A DNA stretch of 64,000 bases from Octopus sinensis. Taxonomy: Eukaryota. Positions within the stretch are counted from its first letter, which is position 1, and every line of letters begins with the position of its first letter. The position numbers and the translations under genes are program-made. Of this stretch, positions 11,463 through 24,540 are shown piece by piece. The notes under the pieces were generated by a model. It searched no databases. It worked only from the letters and a program-made list of their open reading frames with translations, and was not told the origin of the DNA. The stretch is taken from contig NC_042998.1 of assembly GCF_006345805.1 (NCBI RefSeq), positions 99,758,001 through 99,822,000 on the forward strand, written 5' to 3'.

Positions 11463-13654
11463 GTAAGTTGTGTGTAAAATACAAGTTACTCGGTTTGCTC
11501 AGCCAGTAGGGCGAAACTTGACTCTCAGTATTAAGTCAAACGTACGTGCGCATGTGTTAGATATGCTTAAAACTCATCGATACAAGTTCTAACTGTTCTG
11601 ACTGAGTATCCAGAAAATATGTTAAAAGTTAATAATTTCCACACAACCCACATTTAACCTCAATTTCCGTAAATTAACTTGGTTCATAGTATTTTCTACA
11701 TGAGGGTGCTAGAGAATTTCCCAACAACAATTTAATGTAAATCTCTCACAACTAGATGAACCCAAATGTTTTTGTATTATGCGCCCTTGCTTAGAAATAG
11801 GATTTTTTTCATTGAATTTCTCGAGGGAAAGGACCCGTGCTCACGGCTTTCATAGGACCTGCGAGAGTAGTGTGATCGGCGCACTTAATGTTTCTCTTAA
11901 TTGGAAATCAACAAAAGCAGGAGTAAATTCTATGCGGCCGATACTGCTGAAAAGGAACTGGAACTGATAAAAGCGCCTTCGTTAGTTGGTCTGCTCGTAT
12001 ATCTATAGGTAGATATATGTGTATGTATTTGTGTTTGTCTGTGAAGTATTCATTACGTACCACATATCATAGTCCGTATACCTGCATCATTTTCAATTTA
12101 TCACAATGGTTACTTTTGAACTTGGCATTCTAATTTTCTTTTGTTTCGAAAGAACTAACAATTTTTTTTAAATATGGGGGCTCACCCTCCCCACCTCAAC
12201 CACCACCTCTTATTTTAAAATCATACTCTCTAACAATCCATAAACTAATTAGTCAGCTTTCCTTGACATCTTGGCTAGCAATCCATGAGATTTCGCAGGA
12301 TTGTCATAAGATGCGTGTAAATTTATGTGTAAAGTGTAACGATTGCTCGCAAAACACTTACTGTTCTTGTCTACTGTAGAAATGGGAATAACTTTCTGTT
12401 GCTTCAAATATATTGTTCACAGCTTGTGAAACGCAGTTGCAGATAACATTTAAAATTGACATGTTAATCTACTGCATGTGACAACCTGCCACCAATTTAC
12501 GATGAGCTATGCATATATACGCTTATATATTGCTTGGTTTACCAATTTCTATTTATTTTGTTTTAGTGATGTTGTGAAGCACCCCTTGTCACTAATGTTA
12601 CAGCCATCATCAAAACAGCCGTCTCCATGAAACTCATCTACTTCTTATACGTCTTAGAGTTGACATCGATTTCTTTATCTTTTTTGAACACTAGATCTTG
12701 TTTAAGGTTACCAGTAATGTCATAAATACTTGGAATAAGAAGTGAATCTGTAGATTTTAGAAAAATGAGCTGAACTAACATTAAAACTAATGACAAAAGA
12801 CTATTCATATTAATATAATGCGAAATTAAAGGAATTTCGAGTGTGATTCTGTGTGTATGTACGCGTAGGTATGAGTGAGTATGTGTGTCTAAACATAGGC
12901 GTGGAAGTGTGTGTGTGTGTGTGTGCGTGCGTGTGTGTTTGAATCGTGTACGTGTGTTTAAAACAACTTAATTAAAATGATACTCTATTTTCTTAATCTT
13001 TAGCCCGTTTCTTTACTCAAGTACATTAACAAACTAATTTGCTTGTGTGTGTGTGTGTGTATTTGTGTATGAGAGAGAGGGTGAAAGGAAACAAGTTTAA
13101 AGAGAGAAAGAGGGTAATAATAGCACACTCACATACTTGTACCTATCCACAATCATTCGCATTCACATACCGAATTATACAAAACGGAATTCCAATTCTC
13201 AGCCTCACTTGTCATAAGCACTTTATCTTATAAGATATAACAATCTTTCACACCAGCTTTTCGCCAAATAGTTAAAAAAAAGTCCCCAATTTAACCGAAT
13301 AAATAGATAAATGTGTGGCTAATGAGGGAGAAAATAGGAAAGAAGTTGAAATAGACTATTTTTTAAGTAAGCAAAACGAATACTATTAAGTAATTGTTCA
13401 CCACTTTCTTTTTTCGCACCTTTTATTCTCTCTACTTCTTATTCCTTTCCCTCTCTCACTTAAATGTGACACCCAAGGGTTCTTCCTCACTTAGCGAATT
13501 TATTTCTATGCATCTACCAAATATACTGTTTCATCACAACTAGAAACTTACTGATAAACGAATTATTGGAATATACGTTATTTTATTAACGTCAATGATA
13601 TTAGATCAGACAGTAGCAAATAATTTGCTAATTTGCACTTGTGGCTAATTCTAG

Positions 13655-13821
13655 CTGAGAAGAGAACACTAACCTTTTATTTATTCCGGGATAAAACCAG
13701 TCCAGTTCCACTTATTTCTGTGACTTATGCATGTGGAGAAGAAAAGCTCGTTACAATCGAACAGAGAAAGAAAACGCAATGTGATAAAGAAGTCTCTTCT
13801 CTAGAATACCTTCAACCATAA
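13655..13821 (+). CDS. Candidate terminal exon (phase-1 start), product unknown
   Basis: Acceptor gctaattctag|CT, open frame EKRTLTFYLFRDKTSPVPLISVTYACGEEK...LQP*. Phase-compatible with 11252-11462. Confidence 0.22.
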
Positions 13822-14589
13822 AACTGAAACTAACTGAAAGTATTTTTTCGGTCTGTTAACGTCATCTATCATAATTCACGTCAAAAATTTAGGAAATTAA
13901 TCAGAAGAATTGCTCCTTTCTACTTTCTATCCTATTTTTACTGTAGGCACAAAGCCTGAAATTTTTGTGGAGAGGGATAGTCGATTACATTGAGAACTGC
14001 GGGGGGGTCAATGTAATCGACTGTTGAATTAAATAATTGGAATAAAAAAGTGTAGTAGAAAAGATTATACTATGTGATCCATTCTTCTGATTCACTTCCT
14101 AAGATTTTCAGATGAACAGTTAAAAGGAATAGCTATAAATATAACTTCTCCTCAGAATATATGTACTGATAATGCTTTCTTAAGTAGCCTTTTCTGGTTG
14201 GTAATGAGCACCTACTCTCTTTTTATTGCTTAGTTTGAGGGGAAAGAGCAGGCATCTATGATTTTTTTTTTGATTGGCTTCCAAGATTGGGGAAAGAAAG
14301 GAAGAAAAAACACAACGATTCGTACATCGTCCTTGAACCAGGAACAGTGCTCGAATGCTGTAACAAAGTTGACTCTGCGGAAGACATCCTAAGTGTAGAC
14401 TGACCGTTAATGGAAACATTGACAAGAGAACAGAAGTCAGCTGAGAGAGTATAACTCAACCGTGATGTTGTGAAATATGGTCGAGTGTCTCGGCACATAA
14501 TAATATTACTGTAGTTCATTTTATCGAACAAGAATGAATGAGAAAACGGCTTGATATAATGGAAATAAATAAACAAGGAACCTTTAATA

Positions 14590-14795
14590 TTGGTTTCAAA
14601 CTGTGGCACAAAGCCAGTAATTTTGTGGAAGGGAGTAAGTCGGCTACATCAACCCCAGTGCTCAACTGGTACTTATTTCATCGACCCCGAAAGTATCAAT
14701 AGCAAAGACAACGTCGGTGGAATTTGAACTCAGAGCGTAAAGACGGACGAAATGCTGCTAAGCATTTTGCTCAGCGTGTTAACGATTCTGCCAAA
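14590..14795 (-). mobile_element. SINE-A, short-tail
   Basis: catcaaccccagtgctcaactggtacttatttcatcgaccccgaaag...gaactcagagcgtaaagacggacg. Confidence 0.85.
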
Positions 14796-15879
14796 CTTTA
14801 ATATTAAAAATTAAAAATTCATTCGTTATATCCATACTGAATCCAACAACATGAGCTAACAATAGTTGTTGTTTATAGAAGTTTTTTTTTTTAATGCAAG
14901 CTCTTACAATTCATAAGACAGAATAGAGAGAGTATAGCTCCGAGAGTATAACCGAGAGAATATAACCGTGAAGTTGCGAAATATGTTTGCGCCATTAGGC
15001 TTAAACCGTCCTTGTTTTATGAGGTTTTAGAGATTTCATCAGCAGGCTTCAAGTTTGAATGTAGGTGAGATATTGCCAAGCTCATTTTTAGCACTTAGTT
15101 TCAATCTGTTACGATAAACGTTCGACTCCCACCATATTTGACTTTGCTTTTAATATCTTCGGCATTGAGTTATCAATAAAAAAATATATATATATACCAA
15201 TCTTATAATGTTGTCAACCTAATCGATTCTACTCTATGAATTTGGAATTTTGTACATATAGCAATCTCCATTTCAATCGTTTACGGAATATTGTTCTTCC
15301 AGGAATTAGATGGTGGATCTATTGGAATCTATGATGCTGTTGGTGGATCTGTGGGTCCCGTTGGTGGACCCATGGAAATTCCATGTTTGGTTTATCAATG
15401 TTCTAATTTTTCATTTGTTTATTTATTGGTGAATTGTTTATTGATTGGTTTTCACAGCATCGTTTCAATAAGGTAAATATTTCAATTAAGTGCTCAGTTT
15501 CATACCTTAGTTAAGGATATTGCCGTGACAACTCGAATAATATTATAATTTTGATGGACATCGGGGCAAGGATAACTGAGGAAACTAGCTTGATATCATG
15601 GCTATTGAAAGGAATTGGTCTGGCAATTGTTTATGACAGTACTTTGTGTGAAAGTGTGCAGCTGGAATAGGGATAACTCCCAAACCACTCCTTACACTTT
15701 GTGTGTGTGTGTGTGTGTGTAAATGGGATTTTTTTTAATAAATAAAGATAATTACTGGTATTATACTTCCGAGAACCAACATGTGTAATCTCAATTCCAA
15801 CAACAGCTGAACCTATTTTTTCAACACATATTGTTAATGCATTTAGGTGAGTAAAGGACGGATTTGATCACAACGATTC

Positions 15880-16740
15880 ACTCAAACTTTTTTAGGCACA
15901 GAAGTAGAGTGAACGAAGACGGTTGAACTTGCTAGAAATAGAAACCTAACTTTAGTCAAATTACATCTTACTGTCTTGTATGATTGAAGAACACTTTGGA
16001 TAATGTAATTCTACATATTCCAAAACAGACGAAATGGTCATGGCTGGAATGTTTTTGATCATAAGCTAGCCCAATCCGAGAAAACTTGGAACTAAAAAGT
16101 AGGAGCAACAGCATTCTAAGTCTTTTTTTTTTTTTGCTAATAAACTTTACTTCTCTTTCTTTTTAGTGACCCAGATAAAGTTCATAATGTATCGCAGAAC
16201 CATTTATGGTTTTTCCACAGCAGATAGATCAATGATTACACCACTCTATCTGTTTCTATACTACAGTAGAGCCTGCATCCTACACAGCTCAAACAATTTT
16301 CATACATTGGCCGACCAAGGGGATTCTACGTGGTAATCAAATATTCTTCAATTAATATCCCTACTCTTAAAATGGAAGGAGGTATATATATCCAGAATAA
16401 TATAGTCCGAGACACCTTATGTCTTAAAGACGGGATGATCGAGAGTGACGACTTGAATTCCTTTAATCATAAGTACTCATTAGAGTTGATCTGAGGTTAA
16501 TTAACAATAAAACAGCATTTTAGCTAATAGAGGATTCTCAGTGCGTTTCGTCTGTTAGAATTAGTCGCTAAATTTCCCTTAAATTAATCGAAGAAAAAAA
16601 ATGGAAGAACACAGTATCCAATGGTCTTAGATACACTGTATCTGACAAAAAAGCCGGGATGTCCACGGATGGAACATTTTTTATCATAGGTTTGCTGGAT
16701 CAGGGCTGATCTGAAGCTAAACAGCAGCATATTTTTTTTA
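15880..16740 (-). repeat. Several fragments of an old dispersed repeat (family D)
   Basis: Recurrent motifs GTTGTTTAGC.CCAG.TCAGCCCTGATC.AGCA.ACCTATGAT and TTGCTATTTCTA.CAGGTCG, also seen near 1480, 1760, 23100, 27830, 48240-48850, 54530-54710 and 62820. Confidence 0.55.
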
Positions 16741-18562
16741 TTTCTTACGACACATTAACTTGTTTTGTTAAGGCAAAAAAAGGCCGTGTTTTATTGCGAG
16801 GAAGAAAACAAGACGTTAGGATGTTCATACCCTTCTCAAAGTAGCTGATGGTGTGACCAAAGCGAAAAGGCTTGAATCAGCATCTCAACATTCCCTAAGA
16901 AATATCATACCAAAATAGTAGTTGTAATCTAATAAAATATCTTTTAGTGAGAGAAATAAGAAAATACGAATTTCATAACCTCCATACTTCGGGTGTGTCA
17001 ACTGAAAGTTTTGACAATTCTCTCTCTCTCTCTCTGTCTCCTCCCTTCCCCCATTTGCTGAAACCTGTTGATATATGGCTTGCTTCATGCACGAGGTTCT
17101 ATTTTCTGATACGATGTAACTTCATACGGTTTTTTTCTATCTTGTTTATCTTTCGAAAAGACACAATAGTACTGATCAGATCAGTTTGGGCGTAATTTAT
17201 TTGGTTTCCGTTTCTGGTGTCTTCATCTACCAAGTAGGTCATTAACTCCAACATATATTTACCATCTTGAAACAATGAATTTGTAAGTAGCGATGATGTA
17301 GATAAAAATTCAAAATAGGAAGCTCTGTCTCATATGTTCGAGAACTGAGACGCCAAGCATCTCATTTTAATGTTAATATATACTAAACAACAACAACACA
17401 ACAATAATAATAACTTTTAGTAAAAAAACCAAGCAGAGACATCTTTTAGTTGCTAGATTAAATTCGACACGGTTTATCTCTGTCTATATTTGGAAGACTT
17501 CTAGCACACTAAGCCATTACTAGACGTCTTAACACTTTTTTTTTCTTTTTCGTACAGTTCTAACACATAAATTCTACTAAAAATGTGTGACAAATTGTAA
17601 GAGCTTGCATTAAAAGAAAAAAGACTTCAATAAAGAAACAACGGTTATTGTTATTTCAAGTTGTTATAATCAGTATGAGATATTTGAGTAGATGTTTACA
17701 TGATAATTCTATATCGGTTAAATACATTAACAAAAAAAAAATAAAGAAAAATAAGACAGTTCTTTAAAAAATTTTTCTAAAATTTCATCAAATCCCAATG
17801 GACTGCCATGCCTAACATAAAGAATTTCGTGTAAATATATATCTTATATTTATATATTATTTGAGACGAAGCGAATTTCCAAAAACTAGGTTAGGAAAGT
17901 CAGTAATATATGTACTTATAGAAGCATATACAGCTAATATTTTGAGTTTGTTTCTTTCGCAGTAGCCTTATTTACTTGATAATGAAAACAAAATACAGCG
18001 ATAGCACATGTTAATTGAAAGTTACAGGTTGCCATATTTGATAAATGAATAAATAAACAAATCGACAAATTTCTGGGTGGCCGTTACTGGTTGTTGTAAG
18101 ATATTCTTCTATAAAATTTATATTATATAAACGTTTCACCACAGAGACACAAATTGCATCGTAGACAAAATATAGCACCCATACAAGAAAACAAGTTGTA
18201 TCTGTCAAAGTTATTTTCGGGTTTAAGTCGTGAACTAGAATTACTCATAGACATGTTATTTGACCTAGAATTCTTAAGGCGTTTATTTAAGGATTACTGT
18301 AATGATTAATCAATTACTTGATTAATTAATTTACGCTTGTATTAAGTTTAAGAGTGGGAAAAATTTAGACGAGCAACGTAGTGTATATCTTACTCTTGCC
18401 AGAATTGAAGAGCCAACTGTAAAATGGGATGTAAACAGTAACGATTTTAAGAAGTTAATTATTAGAAAATCAAATATAATCACAAGTTTAATAATTAGGT
18501 TTAATAGTATGTTACATAGTATATAAAAAATATCTTGCCTTCATATTGAGAATAATCTCGTG

Positions 18563-18601
<39 letters not shown>

Positions 18602-18603
<2 letters not shown>

Positions 18604-18668
18604 GGAAGAGATCTTACGTTTGAGATGTTGAAGGAGAGAAGTTCAAAGATGGAGTATCTATCTATCTA

Positions 18669-18759
<91 letters not shown>

Positions 18760-18811
18760 TCGATCTTTGAACTTCTCTCCTTCAACATCTCAAATCTAAG
18801 ATCTCTTCCCT
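18602..18811. repeat. Foldback: 54-bp inverted arms (51/54 identical) around a 102-nt compound microsatellite
   Basis: Arm 1 18602-18655, arm 2 18758-18811. Loop (ATCT)n(CT)n(AT)n(AC)n. Confidence 0.95.
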
Positions 18812-19142
18812 GAAGACGGAGGTTCGTCCCATTCTATGATAGAATCAATGTACAAACATTATTATGGACTGCCAAACACCCACAAACAGCTGTTAGATTT
18901 GTAATACTTTTACCTCCACCCCTTTAATTCTTTATATCATTTCTAATCTGTGTATGTTGAACCTTTTTATATGTATGCATAAATACATTTTTTGTATTTC
19001 ATGTAGTTAATACACATTATATATTGATCTGTTATAATTCGCTTATCCTTACATTTACTTCTATACCCGCTCAAGTTTAAATCTCTTGAGCACTATTAAA
19101 TGTATTCTATACGGAGAATATTTGGATCTCATATATGAACTA

Positions 19143-19207
<65 letters not shown>

Positions 19208-19297
19208 TGTGTGTGTGTGTGTGTGTGCGTGTGCGCGCGTGTGTGCGTGTGTGTATGTCTGTATGTGTGTGTGTCTGTGTGTGTGTGTGTCTGTGTG

Positions 19298-19370
19298 TGT
19301 TCGGATATCGGCGGGGAGAAATCCACGATATCAAGCTGTATGAAGTTTTTTATGCAACCTTCTTTTTGAA
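19298..19370 (-). mobile_element. Penelope-like RT fragment
   Basis: Minus strand [17 protein letters not shown] resembles the FIQFDIVDFYPSIS motif I recall from Penelope-like RTs. The match is short. Confidence 0.45.
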
Positions 19371-19564
19371 TGATGTAGAGTCTCATTTAATCAAGCTTTT
19401 GACTACTATTTCTAACTGTGCTACTTTTAACAGTTCCATTGATAGTAAAGAGGATCGTTCAGTTGTTATTGTTAGCCACATGTTAGCTCTATTAGAGCTG
19501 TTGTCTATTAACACATGTTGCAGCTGCGACCACTCTGATATATGTGTGTATATATGTTTGTATA

Positions 19565-21150
19565 CAAAATGCGACTACCCAGATATTCGAAGTAATCTTC
19601 ATTTTCTACTCTCTGTCCCGAAATAACAGGCCAGGTTCTTGCATTTTTGGATTGGTAATCAATGCAAGACCTTTATTTGTGTTGAAACTTAGACCAATAT
19701 TTTCATATGCGTCTCTGAAACTATCGATAATTTTCTGTAGTTGTGTTGAAGTTTTCATTCACTATAGCATCATTTTCATACTGAAGTTTAATTACTACAT
19801 GTACTCGTTATCTTAGTTCTGGCACGCATTCTGCCAGGGTTAAATAGCTTGCCATGTGCGCGGTATGAAATCTGGTTACTTGTTAAGAATTTGTTGACAG
19901 TAAACTCGAACATTGTAGAGAAGAAGATAGAAAACTGCGTAGGGAAACCTTCTGTTTACTCTATTCCTCGCTTCAAACCGACCAGTTACAGAAGAGTGCA
20001 CCACACTTAAGTTTAAATATGAAGCACCAGCTGCGTAATTTTGAGGTATTTTTGCGCCAGCAAAGTTTAGCTTGCATTCTCTAATATTCATGACGTCGAA
20101 TATTGATTCGTTTTTTTTTTTTTGTTTCCGGAATTTTTCCTTCTGGTGAGCACAGAAAATAATAACAATAGTGTTCCTGGAAGGTTGAAACCTAGATGGA
20201 TAATCATGTGTGTGAGTCGCCAAATGTACGATATATCACTTGAGCAGAATTCAAGCCAGAAATTTTTCCAGTTGTTTACAAAAATGAGAATACTCTGTAG
20301 TTGCCACAATCTGATTTAGTTTCCTCTCTTCAAGATTGTAATAATAGCCGTTTCCTATATCAGCTGAATTTTCCTTTCTTGTTCAGTTTATCAAAAGCAG
20401 TGCACGGTGCGTGTTAGTGTTTCATTCCCAAGCTTAAATATCTCTACTAGAATCTATTGGATCTGATTTTGTTTGTTTTTTAGAAACCTAAGATGAAGAA
20501 GGTAAATCGTTCATCATTAACATTTGTGTATTGTTGTCTAGAGATCTTTCGTTGGCGGCACAGTGACAATTACACAATTATAATTATTCGAAAGGTTTTT
20601 CCCGTTAGCAATCGCTTTTTTATAAGTATCCCATCGTCTCTACACCTGAGAAGTGTCGTCTGTTGTGCAAACCCCATGGACTACTTTAGATGCCCTGAAG
20701 AAACCTCAAATATATGTGTGAAATAATTTCTAAATTTCAAGTGTTCCAGCATGTCACCAATTGATTTTCGTTTCACGGTTTTGTTTCTGGACTGCAGACT
20801 CTGCTCGCTGGAAAGCTTTCCTTTTGTGATTATTATCTTTGTCGTTTTTGTAGGCATGAAAAGCCATTCTTCTTTTGCCGATCATTTGCTTGATTTGGGT
20901 GTGAGACTCACCAAAACCAGTTTTGGTGTGCTCTTGCCGTGAATCCTGAAGATTTCTCACAGAGTAAACTTGACTATATTTAATGTGTACCGCTGCTTTG
21001 AACAGTACTGCAGTGTTTCAAGTTGATGGATGACAGTTTATTCTCTAGACATTGTGTATATTTTCCGTGTATTTGCTGGGACTATAAGAGATTCAATGTT
21101 GATTTTCTGTTAACATCATTTCTACTGCGAAGTTGCTTAGGTGCCAATTG
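19565..21150 (-). mobile_element. RTE (BovB-like) LINE, inverted 5' segment: EN-RT linker through RT domain 7
   Basis: Minus-strand motifs in order: KINIESL, IKQMIGKRRMAF...VQKQNRETKINW, SDCGNYR, FQPSRNT...EKFRKQ, YRAHGKLFNPGRMRARTK, LQYEND (YADD-like), FEYLGSRI. Confidence 0.8.
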
Positions 21151-21164
21151 AGTTGCTATTTTAA

Positions 21165-21770
21165 ATAACAGTAATCAGTGCAACCTTTGGTTACTCAAGT
21201 AGACGAGTATATGAATGTCATTATCTGATTCAAACTACCAAAATTGGGGTCTATAAGTTGTTATAACCACTCTTTTATACGACTCAGAAACCTAGGCAAG
21301 TTATTAGCGACATCTCTCTAAAGTAGAGATGTTTGAGAAAAATTATGCACATCCAGCTCAACAGACAGAAGATTGTCAGCATGCCAATATCTCCTATATT
21401 GAAACCACGATAGTGTAATATCAGCTTCGTTTGAATGTTCATGTTTTGCGAATACTGGACGATAGTTTGCTCCAGTAACTGTTCTACGAAAGGAGTGGTT
21501 CAAAGTCATACGGGCAGGAAATTTGAAAAGAAAAGGTGTGGTATTAATATGTATGAGTGGGAACTGTTCGTAATTAACCAATCTAAAAGGAGATGGAGAC
21601 CAATATTTGACACTGCACAAACTGAAGATCTCAACAGTAAACGCGAGAGCAAAAAACATCATGAAGAGACTAACACTGCGTCTATTATTAAACGAAACTG
21701 TTAATTTCCGGCTTGCTGTTGAGCTTGTAGAGTTTTCATTGGCCTCCATAGTGACGTGTGTGTGTATGCC
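21165..21770 (+). mobile_element. RTE (BovB-like) LINE, non-inverted 3' segment
   Basis: Plus-strand motifs SATFGYSSRRVY...TTKIGVYK, RCLRKIM, HVLRILDDSLLQ*LFY, CGINMYEWE, and C-terminal ACRVFIGLHS. Confidence 0.8.
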
Positions 21771-23419
21771 TGCATGTGCGTGTGTATATAAACAGGTATG
21801 CATACAATAGACGTGTGTATTTAATCTCTTTGAGATTTGTGGTTCGAAAGAGCAGTTAGTCGGTCGGTTTGATTCTAAAAATGGAATATTATGATAAAAA
21901 CAAGAAGCTGTGTCACAGAGTAAGGCAGAGATTACATTGAAAAGCATACAAAAATCAAAATAAATGACAAAATTTTATCTCAAGGGTAATGTGGCAGAAG
22001 ATATTTTTTTCCATGTAGCATGGGAGCTTAAAATGTAAATTTCTGCAATTCTAACCACACTCTGAAAAGTTGTTGTGAGCTCTTAGTTCTCTCATCATAC
22101 TTCAAATCAAAGACATTAAAGCCGTGACCATCCCGTCTTTTTTTATAGGCAATGTATCTACGAGAACATCATCCGATGTATCTATTACTTAGTGTTTCCT
22201 TTTTAACTGACATATTGTTTTACCATCTATTCAGGGAGGAAAGGGCAGCGTCCATGACCCAATTTTTTCAAGGTCTTTTAAAATTATTAGAGGAAGTGAT
22301 TAAGTTATCTGAAAACTAAGACCCAACATGAATGTTTCCAACAACGTGAACTCCGATAAAGGCAACCAAGAATCAGGTGGTGGTGTTAAACCGGACTGTA
22401 ATTCAACACTGTTTTACCGCCCAAAAGCTTCTATCACAAAAATCCAGAACAAATACCACAAAATATCATGCCCGACCCTCTAATATCACCAATCCTAGGC
22501 CATAGATTTGAACTTTGAACGATTCTGAAAGGATGAAAGATGAAGCTGACCAGGGTTGGATTTGAACTCGGAGCGCAAGAAGGCCAAAGCAAATACCACA
22601 AGTTAATTTGACCCTTGCTCTAATGCAGCCTAATTGGTTTCTAATTTTAGCAAGTCGAGCGTCCTTATAGAAATTCCCTTGTTGGCTAATAGGAAAGATT
22701 TGATTATGTTCCGTGAGTTAAAAACAGAAAAAAACTATCCTTGAATGACAGACTAATGTTGGGACCAAAGAATGTCTTGCATACTTATATCTTCATCAAC
22801 TCCATTCTCTAAAATCGCATCATACCATTAGTTTGGATAGGAAATGTTGACTCAAAGTGCCGTACTTTGGATTCGTACGCGGAACCACGTAATTTGGAAG
22901 AGAACTTCTTAACCAGACATCAATGCATATGCACTTGAGAACATCATTATTGAAATTATCTCTTCAACCTGGAATCGAAACCATGTCCACTGACTCAAAT
23001 CATCAGGCGTTAAAAGCCCTCCTTTACAGCGTTTGTTGATATATTACACGAATTGCTGATATATTTCATAGAAAGAAAGTTGCATCTACTGTAAATGGAG
23101 AAAATGGAGTTGTTGTTTGGGTTTCAGAGCAACCTTGATCACGCAGACCTATGAATAAAGGAAATAAAGGAATTTCAGATGTGACTAACTCTTTATTAGG
23201 GGTAGCTAAGACTATGATGTCAATGATGTCTTACTATTTTAAAAGATTTTACGATGGGATTTGAGAGAGAATTGTCTTCTGTACTGCTTTGTTGCTTCGA
23301 AAATGATTGGGGTAGGGTATGATGTCATGTGATGCTCTTGTTTTTTATGATTTTTAACTCTACAACATTAGTTGACGTTGTTCCAGTAGATGTTGAACTA
23401 CATACAGACACACATGTAT

Positions 23420-23584
23420 AGGCGCAGGAGTGGCAGTGTGGCAAGAAGTTTGCTTCCCTACCACATGGTTCCGGGTTCAGTTCCACTGCGTGACACCTTG
23501 GGCAAGTGTTTTCTACTATAGCCTCGGGCTGACTATAGCTTTGTGATTGGATTTGGTAGACGGAAACGGAAAGAACCCCATCGC

Positions 23585-23629
<45 letters not shown>

Positions 23630-23800
23630 AGCACCACCGCATTACAACCGATATGTTTACGTTCCCGTAACATAGCGGTTCGGCAAAAGGGCCCGACAGA
23701 ATAATTACCAGAGTTAAAAAAACAAAAGAATACCAGGGGCTATTCATTCAACAAACATTCCTCAAGGCGGTGCCCCAACATGGGCGCAGTCTAATGACTG
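23420..23800 (+). mobile_element. SINE-B, full length, with internal (GT)n
   Basis: Head GGCGCAGGAGTGGC, CORE-like domain, (GT)~20 at 23589-23628, tail GGCGGTGCCCCAACATGG. Confidence 0.9.
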
Positions 23801-24515
23801 TGACTTGCTTGCTAACACCTATTGAAATACTCGTGTAAAACCATTTAAAAGTGTAATGACATGTTTATTAGAGGAAACTTCAGTTCGACATCCAATCTTA
23901 AACTGTTTCATAAATCAGCTAATTAGAGTTTTAGCTGTGTGATTGTCATTGTGTGTCATGGCATTGATGCCTTCTTTTGTTATTCAGTATCACCTGACGT
24001 ACAATGATAGATAATTAAAATATTGAAACGTAGAAGCAGTGGATAAGTATCCCACCTGTTTCATCTATCCTACAGCAAAACTATCGCCTAACTTCATCAT
24101 AACACTTGTCAGCATATCATTGTAAAGAATTGTAACAAATAGAAGAACAGATCAAGAGGATCAATAACCAACCGAATAATCCATATTCTCATTAGGAAGT
24201 AATCTTTAATCTTTTCTCTTCTCACTTCTGACGATCTTTTTTTCAATTAGTGACCTTCTATTGACTTCATTAATGAACGAAAGTTAAGTCAATAAACTTC
24301 AACAGGCGTCATTACTAATGTTTCAGTCTACTTCCCCATCATCATCACCGCAACCATCTTTGATAAAAAAAAAGAAAGGAACATCAGTCGTAGATTCAAA
24401 TGTGTAATTATGTAATCACTTCGGCTCCATTTCGCCATAAATATAAGACATATGGATGCAAGAATGATGTTATATTGCAGCTATGATGTTGAACTCACTT
24501 CTTTCTCTTCTGCAG

Positions 24516-24540
24516 TCTGGCGCCCAAACCAATGGGTTAG
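24516..24540 (+). CDS. Candidate 25-nt microexon
   Basis: Acceptor cacttctttctcttctgcag and donor TAG|GTGAGC. GC-rich relative to flanks. Open in two frames (SGAQTNGL or WRPNQWV). Confidence 0.35.

Noticed and set aside
15303-15476. Gly-rich ORF (GGSIG...GGSVGPVGGP) and 15-nt microexon at 15458-15472
   Set aside because: Short GGTGGA repeats with an intron-like second half and no consistent exon chain; not supportable without expression data.
18808-18870. CTGAAGA hammerhead-like core next to the foldback
   Set aside because: No correctly placed GAAA and stems I/III could be assembled by eye.
20484-20501. 18-nt microexon KPKMKK with strong splice sites
   Set aside because: Lies inside the antisense strand of the RTE relic; such sites arise by chance in T-rich DNA.
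21318-21947. 209-aa minus-strand ORF with a GPCR-like N-terminus (MEANENST...)
   Set aside because: It is the antisense shadow of the plus-strand RTE LINE 3' segment.
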